From assembly GCF_009914755.1 (NCBI RefSeq), contig NC_060936.1: a stretch of 64,000 bases of DNA; one strand, given 5' to 3'. Under the pieces are notes generated by a model that was not told where the DNA came from, did not search any database, and worked only from the letters and a program-made list of their open reading frames with translations. Made by a program: the position numbers and the translations under genes. This document shows, piece by piece, positions 46,150 through 64,000 of the stretch. The number at the start of each line of letters is the position of its first letter. Position 1 is the stretch's first letter. The DNA is from the human T2T-CHM13v2.0 reference genome, Homo sapiens.

Positions 46150-47800
46150 TTACCAGTTTGCCTTAGGTCAGATGCCTTCAAAAAGGGCTCTGTGATAGAG
46201 ATTCATGTGCAGAAAATTCATTAGGGAATGCCCTGAAGTTCAGCACCTATCGGGGTGGAGGAAGTGTAGGATCAGGCAAAATATAGTTGCACAAGGGCTT
46301 CAGCTGATCCCTTAAGGAGCTCTGGAGCTGGGATGGCCCTTCAGGGTTGAATCACCTTGGGGAAAGGGGACTGATCTTTTGTACCCATACACTGACCGTT
46401 GATTGGTTGGGGGAGGCTCTCAGGAAGAGGGCGTGACCTTGGCCAAGGTAGCAGTTGTTGGAGAGGGACTCAACTGAGTACCACAAACCACTACTTCCAG
46501 CAGCTGGAGAAATTAGTACATTAGTCCTGAAGGCAGGCTCTGAGTAGTGCGCCACAGGCCATGTTTTGTACACTGAGATCCACTTCCTCTATATAATAAG
46601 TTCTTGTAACAGCTCCTCTATGATCCTGTTAGTTTCTCTGGTCTTTTCTGGGGAGACTTAAAAGAGAAAAGTTAGTGGGAAAAGCTGTAACTCCTGCTAC
46701 AGCTGTTCTCAGGAGCCAACTGATTCTCATCTCCCTTCTCTGTTCTTTTTTCTGGACTCCTCTTATGCTTGGTTGAACTCTTGTTCTAGGGGTTTACCTG
46801 ATGGGATAGCACAGACCTGTATCCATGGGACCTATAAGGCCCTGGGTGCCGTATTATGGCTATGACTGCTGTGCTTGTCTATTTACAGTCAAAATTAGGC
46901 AAGGGAGTTCCAAGAGATACCCTACTGGATCACTTGGATGCCAATCATAATTTTACTTTATCCGATTGTGTAACAGCCCTACCTCCTTTTATTGATCAGG
47001 ATCAATTACCTTTGCTTTATTTCCCTGTATAGCGTTCTTGACATGTGGAGCCTGAAGTGACCAGGTGACAGTAGTAGCTAAAAGTGTAATGAAACTCATT
47101 CTACTGTTTCCTCTCGTGGAAGCATTCCCCCTCCAGGAGTCAGTACCTCTAAAGCCCAGAGTTTGCAAGAGTGAGAAGCACATATTATCTGAGTCAGTTA
47201 TTAAGAATGGCGATAAGTAAGTAGGGCCACTCTTATTTCTACCCCTCGGTTCCTGAACCCATAAATTGTACTTCTGGGAAACATAGGAAACATAGCTCTA
47301 TTTAATGGTTATTGATATACAGTGTATTCTGTGACCTAGAGAGTGGATTACAGGATATGATCTCCAAGGTGAAGTCTTAGCTCTGCCTTCAATAGGCCAT
47401 TCCATCATTCTGTTAGGCCAGTAACTTCTAGTTGTATAGTCTGTGATAAGACTTCTATCTGCCATAGCAGTTATGACATTTCTATTTCACGTAATGTGGA
47501 CTGCTTTCTGTATGCTTCCAGGAACCACCGTAGTTGTGTCTTAGCATCCTCTCATGTAGTCTTTCTGGGGTGCTAAATCCTGTGAGAGAATGTTCCCATA
47601 TCAATAATCTCTCCATTATGCAAACACAGGTTCTGTCTCCTCTTGATCTAGCACTCTCTCATACGTAGTCTCCTGCCTCCTGTGGATACATGTTGGCTAG
47701 GTCCTACAGTTCATTTGATATATACTGCCTTTCTAAGCTGGATTATGATGCAACTTGATTCATGGCATTGGTCTGGGATCCAAATGAGGAGGTGCAAGGT
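46150..47800 (-). mobile_element. LTR33-like ERVL LTR (~46150-46556) plus decayed ERVL internal sequence
   Basis: gagattcatgtgcagaaaattcattagggaatgc...ggagctctggagctgggatggcccttcag; followed by gatccactt, as at the internal/LTR junction. Confidence 0.65.
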
Positions 47801-48611
47801 AGATCTTGGTGGCAGGATAGGGGTGGTAGTAGTGGAATTGCATGTGTCATCATGAAAGACTGAGTATTATTTATTATGTTTAAACAAAAGGGAAATGCTA
47901 GTCTCTAGGTAGGAGTATAATACACATCAACAGTTTAATAGAGCTTATTTCTGGATGAAAACATGAGTGACTTAAAGGGTTTTATTTATATCATTTTTTA
48001 AAGTTATCTTCAAAAATAATTCTCTGTAATCATTGTATAATTAAATATACATTGTATTTAAAGAGCCATATATAGGCTGCACACTGTATTAAAAGATATG
48101 TGTGATAGCCAGCTAGGTACTATTCGAATGAAAATATTTGTATTGCTCTTCAGCGCTGATGATTATGGGAACAAGAAAGTGGGGAGAAGAAGGAAACATA
48201 AAATTTCTATTTATTACAAGTGGGTATTAATATAGTAGACTCATGTGTAAAGACTATTTCTAGTCCAAAATGTTTGGTAAGGGAATATTATTTTCCCATA
48301 GATATGAAATCCATATCTCTTGATCCAAGAACTCACCTCCTATTTCTGAACTGGTAATAGTTTTGCATGCTCTAGTAATGCATCAGTTATCATCCTTGAA
48401 CTCTTCTTTCTTGAGAGTATGATTATCAGGCAAGTAGGGGTACCCATGTAGAAGGGAGTAGAGACACCAAGGGCTGAATCTTGAAATTGCAAAGGATGGA
48501 GAAGCTGGTTTTTGATAATAAATTGAAATAAAAGAGTTTCCCTGAAAGTCTTTCATGCTTCTTACCTAACATGAAATTATTTTCAAATAATTAGACTTTG
48601 AAAAATAGTTG

Positions 48612-48648
48612 GTATATTAGGATTCTCCAGAGAGACAGAGTCAATAGG

Positions 48649-48697
<49 letters not shown>

Positions 48698-49133
48698 AAG
48701 AGATTTATCATAAAGGACTGGCTGTCATGATTCTGGAGGCTGAGAAGTCCTAAGATCTGTAGTCAATAAGCTGGAAACCCAGGAGAGCTGATAAGTGGTT
48801 CCAAAGGCCTGAGAAGCAGGAGAACTGATGGTGTAAATTCCAGACTAAAAGCTGGAAGATTGAAATCAAATAAGGGCTTATGTTTTAGTTTCATTCCTAA
48901 GACCAGAAAAGATCAGTGTCAGACAGGAGTTCCTTCGTACTCAGTCTTTTTGTTTTAGTCAGGTCTTCAATCAATTAGATGAGGCCACCACATTAGGGCA
49001 GGCAGTCTGCTTTACTCAGTCTACTGATGTAAATGTTAATCTCATTTATAAACACCCTTACAGACACGCCCAGAATAATCTTTAGCCAAATATCAGTATC
49101 TCAGTTTAGTAGATACATAAAATTAACCACCGC
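48612..49133 (-). mobile_element. MLT2 (ERVL) LTR
   Basis: tattaggattctccagagagacaga...gaggctgagaagtcc...ctgctttactcagtctactgat...aaatgttaatctcat...cataaaattaaccac. Confidence 0.85.
48651..48694. repeat. Perfect (GT)22 microsatellite
   Basis: Directly counted. Confidence 0.98.
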
Positions 49134-49269
49134 AGATAATGATTTTTTGCATAAATTCATTTATCATGTGTTTATTGAACCTCTGTCTTGTATTTAATCT
49201 TTTGAATAATATAAAGAGCTATGAGATAATTTTTTTAGCTGGAGGAACATAACATCCAAATTCCTCTCT

Positions 49270-50060
49270 TAAGAATAGTTTTGGACATGGGCTGGGAAGA
49301 AAGTCTTAGCATGTTCAAAACAGAATTCTTGATTTCCACCACCCATCACCTGCCACATTTGCTCCTTCACAAGACTTTCTTTTCTCAATAAATGGCACCA
49401 GCTGCACAAACCAAAATCCTAGAAGTTATCCTTTCTTCAAAGCTCACATAAAGTCTTCTGAAAAGGTCGACATGTGTACTTCATAATAATTCTAAGTTCA
49501 TCAGCTTACCACCTTTCTTCACTGTATCCCCTGTAGCCCAAGTCACTATGAACTTTCACCAGGTCAAATCTGTCTTCAGAATATCTCTCAACTATGTCAC
49601 TTATCACCATCTCCACTACTGTGTCACAAGACCAAGCTACCATTATCTTTACTAGGACTACTCGCTTTCACTCTTTCACCCACTCCCACCCTACTACAGT
49701 ACATTTTCCATACAGCAGCTAAATTCCCAGAGCATAAATCAGATCACGGCATTCCCATACATGAAATCTTCCAAAGGTTTTCCAAATGTCACCTCTTCAG
49801 AAAAGCCATTTATGGCCAATTTAGGCCAAAATAACTGCATATTATCCTCCCTGCACCTGGCATGTTGTACCACCAATGCATTATTTTTTTTCCTAGCACT
49901 TATCAGTAACTGTAATTATCCTATTTACTATTTCAAATGGTGGTCGTCTGTTTTCCCCTCAAGAAGAATGAGGGGCCTTAAAAGAGCCATGTGGTTCCAG
50001 TATAAGCAAAGGTGCTGGATAGTTTGTAGGCACTCATTAAATATTTGCCGATTGAATGAG
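49270..50060 (+). mobile_element. L2 LINE 3' fragment(s)
   Basis: tctcaataaatggcacca...ccaaaatcctagaagt...caagctaccattatc...cataaatcagatcac...taggcactcattaaatatttgccgattgaatga. Confidence 0.7.
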
Positions 50061-50923
50061 AATGGAGGTCACAGCAAGGATTCCTCTTGCCAAAATACTT
50101 GTTCTTTTCAGCAGAGTCTGAGGAAAAGCTGTACTTGTTTTGTACTTTGTTTTATGAAGGAGCTTCTGCACTGTGTCTGCGCACTCATATGTCAATTTTG
50201 TGTTGGAAAAAAAATGATGTGGTCCTTTGCTGTCATTTTATGCGGCTGGCAGGCTTCTGTTTCCACCATAACCGGGAGCTTTGCTTGTTGCTGGCAGATG
50301 AGCATGATTATCAGCCATGAGAAAATAATAAAAGGCTCTCAGTTCTAGGATACTCTAGGACTTTTCATGTTTTCAATGAAGTAAATTAACTCTGTTCTTT
50401 CATTTTATGGAAATGGCTCTGAATCTCATTAAAAACACACATGTATATGACTAGATGGATTTTGGGACTTACCATCTTGTGTTCATCTTATTTTTAAAAA
50501 ATCTCATTTTTAAAATTCCAACCACTTTTGCCTACTCGGAACACTCATATTTGGGTTTCTATGGTGCATTCCTCTGCGAATAGGTTCTTTTTTCCAGTGT
50601 ATTTTCCTACCTTGTGTACAAATGTCTTTTTTGTATTTGCAAGGGAAAAAGTACCATGCCAAGCACCAAAGTTTAAGCTTCTCCATCAATATTACTTTTT
50701 CATCAGTTTTTTTTCCCCTTTTCCCAAGGGAAAAACACCTTAAATCAGCATGAAGAATATTCTCTGTAGCTCATGTGGAGTCTGATTTAGGACAGAAATA
50801 AGTGCATTCCAATTTTCCTGTTTTCTATATTTTCTTTTTCAATGCCATTGACTCTTTCAAGTAAGACATATTTACTAAGGCCAGCTATCTATCTAGCACA
50901 GTAAGACGTATTGTGGGATAAAG

Positions 50924-51146
50924 CAGGGGTCAGCAAAACATGGCGAATGGGCCAAATCCAGTTTGCCCGGTGTTTTCTTAAATAAAGTTCTGTTGAAACA
51001 CAGCTTCACCCATTTATTTACGTATTATTTATGGCTGCTTTTACATGCAACAACAGCAGAGTTGAGTAGTTGTGATGGTGACCATATGGCCTACTAAGCC
51101 TGAAATATGTTCTCTCTCTTCCTCTACAAAAGTTTGCCAGCCCCTG
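50924..51146 (+). mobile_element. MER58A MITE
   Basis: TIRs caggggtcagcaaa / tttgccagcccctg with a typical MER58A interior. Confidence 0.85.
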
Positions 51147-51810
51147 GTGTATAAAGCATGACCTCCATTCCGATAGGGTTTATGAACTAATTGGGTTGCT
51201 TGTTAAAACATGAAGCAATTACTGAATCAATAAATGCCAAGTTGTATGGTACGGAAGGGATTCGATGCCACAGAATGGTCATTGGTTAGGAAATAAATCT
51301 CATTTATAGAGAACTGATTAGTTAAGTATGTCAAAATGCAGAAAAGGTCCTTATATTATATGGCCTTTCCTCCCTCATGCTGTACTTCTTTAAGTCTCAG
51401 CTATGCTGTAAAATTAAAAGATATTCAAAACTGTTAGCAAAGCTTTTCCTAGATGTAAATCTTCCAGGACTCCCTCAAAGGTATGCTTGGCAGAAACAGG
51501 ACAGGATTAAGATTGCTAAATTGTTCAGAACCCTGCCTGGCAAGTCATAGATCCTCAGCTATTGCTTGAATAAACAAAAGAACATGCAAACTATAAAAGA
51601 AGGGAAATCCGATGCAGCTACATCATAATAATAGCTAATGTTATTGAGTATTCATAATATTGCTGGTATTTCTCAGCAGGAAATATCCTGATTCTTTAAA
51701 GAGTAAGTGGTAGTGGGCATGTAAACTGCTTAGCTCAATGCCTAACACATGGCACATTATAAGTGTTCAATAAAAGTTTTTACTGTCATTTTTTTAGAGG
51801 GAATTGTATA

Positions 51811-52034
51811 CAAGTTGAGAATCCCCAATCTGAAAATTTGAAGTCCAGAATGCTTTAAGTAAAAACTTTTTGAGCACTGACATATGTTGCTCAAAGAGAA
51901 TCCTCATGGGGATATTTTGCATTTAGGATTTTTGGATTTGGGATCCTCAGCTGGTAGTTATAATGCAAATATTCCAAAATCAAAAAAATCCAAAATTCGA
52001 AACACTTCTGGTCCCAAGAGGGATACTCAACCTG
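51811..52034 (+). mobile_element. MER46A/Tigger4-derived MITE
   Basis: TIRs caagttgagaatccc / gggatactcaacctg, preceded by TA. Confidence 0.85.
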
Positions 52035-52162
52035 TGTTCTCTTTCAGAGAGAGTGCTAATTGTACTCACATGCATGAAAGTAAGAAAAGCAGATAGACTG
52101 ACCCTTAATTGTATCACTCTCTTGATTAAGCATTAAGAAAACATTTGTATTTGATTTTCTAA

Positions 52163-53466
52163 TCCTGTATTAGTTTGTTAAAGATAATGGCTTCCAGCTC
52201 CATTCATGTTCCTCCAAAGAGCATGATCGTGTTCTTCTTATGTCTACATAGTATTCCAGGGTGTATATGTACCACATTTTCTTTATCCAGTCTGTTATTG
52301 ATGGGCATTTAGGTTGACTCCATGTCTTTGCTATTGTGAATAGCACAGCAGTGGACATATGCATGCATGTGTCTTTATGATAGAATGATTCATTTTCCTT
52401 TGAGTGTATACCTAGCAATGGGATTTCTGGGTTAAATGGTAATTCTGTTTTTAGCTCTTTGAGGAATTGCCCACTTCTTTCCACAATGGTTGAACTAACT
52501 TACACTGCCATCAGCAGTGTATAAGCATTCCCTTTTCTCCTCAACCTTGCCAGCATCTGTAATTTTTTGACTTTTAAATAATAGCTATTATGACTGGTGT
52601 GAGACAGTATCTCATTGTGGTTTTGATTTGCATTTCTCTAATGATCAGTAATACTGGGCTTTTCTTCATACGTCTGTTGGCCACATGTATGTCTTCTTTT
52701 GAAAAGTGTCTGTTAATGTTCTTTGCACATTTTTTAATGGAGTTGTTTTTCTCTTGTAAATTTGTTTAAATTTCTTATGGATGCTAGATATTAGACCTTT
52801 GTCAGATGCATAGTTTGTGAAAATTTTCTTCCATTCTGTAGGTTGTCTGTTTACTGGTAGTTTCTTTTGCTGTGCAGAACCTCTTTAGTTTTTTTTGTTT
52901 GTTTGTTTTTTGTTTTGTTTTAGTTTAATTTAATCCCATTTGTCAATTTTTGCTTTGGTTGTAATTGCTTTTGGTGACTTCGTCATGAAATCTTTGTCCA
53001 TTCGTATGTCCAGAATGGTATTGCCTAGGTTATCTTCCAGGGTTTTTAAAGTTTTGAGTTTTACATTTAAGTCTTTAATGCATCTTGAGTTGATTTTTGT
53101 ATATGGCATAAGGAAGGGGTCCAGTTTCAGTCTTCTCCATATGACTAGCCAGTTATCCTAGCACCATTTATCAAATAGGGAGTTCTTTCCCCATTGCTTG
53201 TTTTTGTCAGCTTTGCCAAAGATCAGATGGTTGTAGGTGTGAGGCTTTATTTCTGGGCTCTCTATTCTGTTTCTTTGGAACAACAGATGCTGTGACCTAC
53301 TAGAGGGTAGAGGGTGGGAAGAGGGAGAGGATCAGGAAAAATGACTAATGGATACTAGGTTTAATACCTGGGTGATGAAATACTCTGTACAACAAACCCC
53401 CATGACAAAAGTTTACCTATGTAACAAATATGCACATAGACCCCTCAACTTTTTTAAAAAAAGAAA
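52163..53466 (+). mobile_element. Older L1PA (about PA10-13) with 5' inversion (52163-53278 inverted; 53277-53466 sense 3'UTR)
   Basis: Antisense ORF2 C-terminus joined to sense 3'UTR (gggagaggatcaggaaaaa...ctgtacaacaaacccccatgac) ending in an A tract. Confidence 0.85.
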
Positions 53467-54681
53467 GTGGTGAAAATGGAGGGTCTAATTTACAGTCTGT
53501 AGATAGGTCAAATACTCTACCCAAACTCCTTTCTTCCCCACCCCCAAGAAAAAAAGAAATCATTTGTGTTTTTTTTCCCCCAACTGTACCACCAGTACTC
53601 CAGATCTCAAAACCAGTGGTTTCTAAGATTGCTGTTTTCTTATTTCTTATGGGGGACTTCGGCAGGGAAAAATTTTTGAAAGGCTAAAAATGACTGGAGA
53701 AGAGGACTTTTTTCCCCATTAGCTAAAGCTTTCATTTTGTTGAGGTACCTCCTATTATTGGTTTTGTGAAATGTGACCTTCTCCCTGTTTCACATATCCA
53801 TGTATTCTCCCTTGGATCTTGTAAAATGGCCTCAAGAGAATAGATTGGGATTTCTAGAATATTTTAATAATGTAGCCCTGTTGGTATTTCCCTAATTGAT
53901 CTTATGCCCTTTTTGCTAACTCTTTAGTTAACTCTTTAATTCAATGTAGACTATTTGTAAAATAAATTCAGTGGATTTAAACTTAAAAAAAGAAAACATT
54001 CTTGTTTAGAAAATACATAGGAGAGTGATAAGTGATAATCTTAAACAAGCTGTTGTTTCATAAATGCAGAATCATTCTTTTTATTTAGTAATGCTGATTA
54101 TCAATAATAACCCATTAATATGTTTTAACTATCAACAAAAATTATAATATCTGAGGCTGCATCTACTCAGAAGCTTACTTTTATAAAAACTCAGTTTCGT
54201 TTAACATAGATTCTATGTTATTTTTTTCCTCAATGAATTTTCATGAAGGAAGCACACCTGTGTAACAAGGACCCAGGCCAAGAAGCAGAATATTACCAAC
54301 ATCCCGGACCCTCACCTCCCCATCCACTCCTTCCAGTCACTACTATCCCCTCAAAGGGAACTACTTTCTTGCCATAAAGAACATATATTACAAAGACTAA
54401 TTGAAAGGGGTTAGTTAGTATGTCCTTTTAATAAGTTCACAGAAGTATTACAAGAGCAATCTGGCATTTTAAGAAGAGAATAGTCTTCTGACATTGAAGC
54501 ATTTCATGCTAAACATGTCAAAATGTTTTCTACATCATCAGTAATGTGCTCAGACAAGTTTAATATAAAAGCCTTCAAGAGCAGACAGTTATTTTCCTCT
54601 TCTTGAAGAGTGAGGCAGACTTTACCTGAAAAAGTTAATGATTTTAAAAAAAATCAATCTGTTGGGGTTTCATTAGGATAC

Positions 54682-55383
54682 TGTCTTGGTCTGTTTTGTG
54701 CTGCTATATCAGAATACCTAAGACTGAGTAATTTGTAATGAACAGAAATTTATTTTCTAGGCTGAGTGTAATAGCTCATGCCTAATCCCAGCACTTTGGG
54801 AGGCTGAGGTGGGCAGATTGCTTGAGCCCAGGAATTCAAGACTAGCCTGGTCAACATGGCAAAACCACATCTCTACAAAAAATACAAACATTAGTTGGGC
54901 ATAGTGGCATGCATTTGCAGTCCCAGCTACTCGATAGGCTGAGGTAGAAAGATTGCTTGAGCCCTGAGAGTCAGAGGTTTCAGTGAGCCAAGATTGTGCC
55001 ACTGTACTCCAGCCTGGGTGACAGAATGAGACCCTGTCTTAAAAAAGAAAGAAAGAAAAAGAAATTTATTTTCTCACAGTCTCACAGTTCTATTGGTGAG
55101 GAAGTTCAGGTCAAGGTGCTGGCATTTGGTGAAGGCCTTCTTGCTGCATCCTCCCATGGCAGAAGATGAGAGGGCAAGAAATAGAGAAGGGGGCTGAACT
55201 CATTCTTTTATAAGGAACCCCCCTGACATGTCAACCCTACTACCTCAGTAATGACATTAGTTATCCCTTCACAAGGGCAGAGCCCTCATGATAATCACCT
55301 CTTAAAGGTCTCACCTCTAAATACTCTTACAATGGCAGTTAGATTTCAACTTGACTTTTGGAGGGGATATTCAAACCACAGCA
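54682..55383 (-). mobile_element. MST (MaLR) solo LTR interrupted by AluJ
   Basis: tgtcttggtctgttttgtgctgctat...agaaatttattttct[Alu]cacagttct...ggatattcaaaccacagca. Confidence 0.85.
54760..55059 (+). mobile_element. AluJ SINE
   Basis: J-type ttgcttgagcccagg in the left arm and ttgcttgagccc in the right arm; 15-bp TSD agaaatttattttct at 54744-54758 and 55060-55074. Confidence 0.95.
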
Positions 55384-56009
55384 GATGCCCACTAGTCAGT
55401 CATGCAAACTAGCCAGAAATAGAGATGTGAAAAGTAAATTTGAGTGAATCTTTGTTGTGTCAATACCCTATACATTCAGTAATTTTATGTTTTTATATTT
55501 CACTAATGTCTGTAATCAAATTCATATCTCTCCTTCTCCTGTGCTCCAAAGGCTGTGCTAATCTATTTCCTCATCCTAGTTTTTCTTTGTTTTACTTCAT
55601 GTTATATGCTTTTAAATTACTTAAACAAAAAAGGATGTCATTATAATTGTTTTTCCCAAATGTTTAGTTTGGCATCTGTTGCAAGGCCTTAGTTATAGGC
55701 TGAAGTGCCAAAAGCTTGAACTGAAAACAAGAATGTGGTGGGCAAGCCTGAGATCTGAATTCAGAAGTGGTGTTTATATTTTCCCAAGGGCCTTATTAGT
55801 GAGAGTCCAAGCCCTAAATGTTAACTTGCAACACGTTTGAACAGACTGACTTTTCTGTTTTGTTAAGTATAATGGCATATCATTCTGTATGGGTACTTCT
55901 GTAAACAATCTTCTCTTTTAACTGCCCTTTAAGCTACTAAACAATGTTGTCAAATTTGAGGCTGTGTTTTTGTTCAATATTCCATGGCACATATTCACAC
56001 AATAGAGTT

Positions 56010-64000
<7,991 letters not shown>

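Noticed and set aside
49761-50348. 195-aa Cys/Phe-rich ORF
   Set aside because: The first half is an L2 remnant, the composition is not protein-like, and there is no recognisable domain or convincing exon structure.

Overview
This is AT-rich, repeat-dense primate (most likely human) genomic DNA, not prokaryotic. It holds one recognisable coding exon, a 114-nt phase-0/0 exon at 22461-22574 (+). I recognise it from memory as the penultimate coding exon of CCDC91 (GGA-binding p56), so the window appears to be almost entirely intron. The rest is layered mobile-element fossils: a near full-length old L1M, several L1PA/L1PB copies (three with twin-priming inversions, one with a 3' transduction), three Alus, MaLR/ERVL LTRs, a near-complete Cheshire hAT transposon, MER58/MER20/MER46 DNA elements, MIR/L2 and a tailless 5S rRNA retropseudogene. 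Almost all long ORFs in the track are L1 ORF2 remnants. I see no new gene or protein system. The most unusual signals are (i) a 282-bp apparent ectopic gene-conversion tract between two L1 copies of different age 24.5 kb apart, (ii) an apparently serial L1 3' transduction, (iii) the tailless 5S copy retaining its internal Pol III promoter, and (iv) a stop codon plus AATAAA just after the exon's 5' splice site. Repeat subfamily calls and old-repeat boundaries are from memory of consensus sequences and need RepeatMasker/Dfam confirmation.
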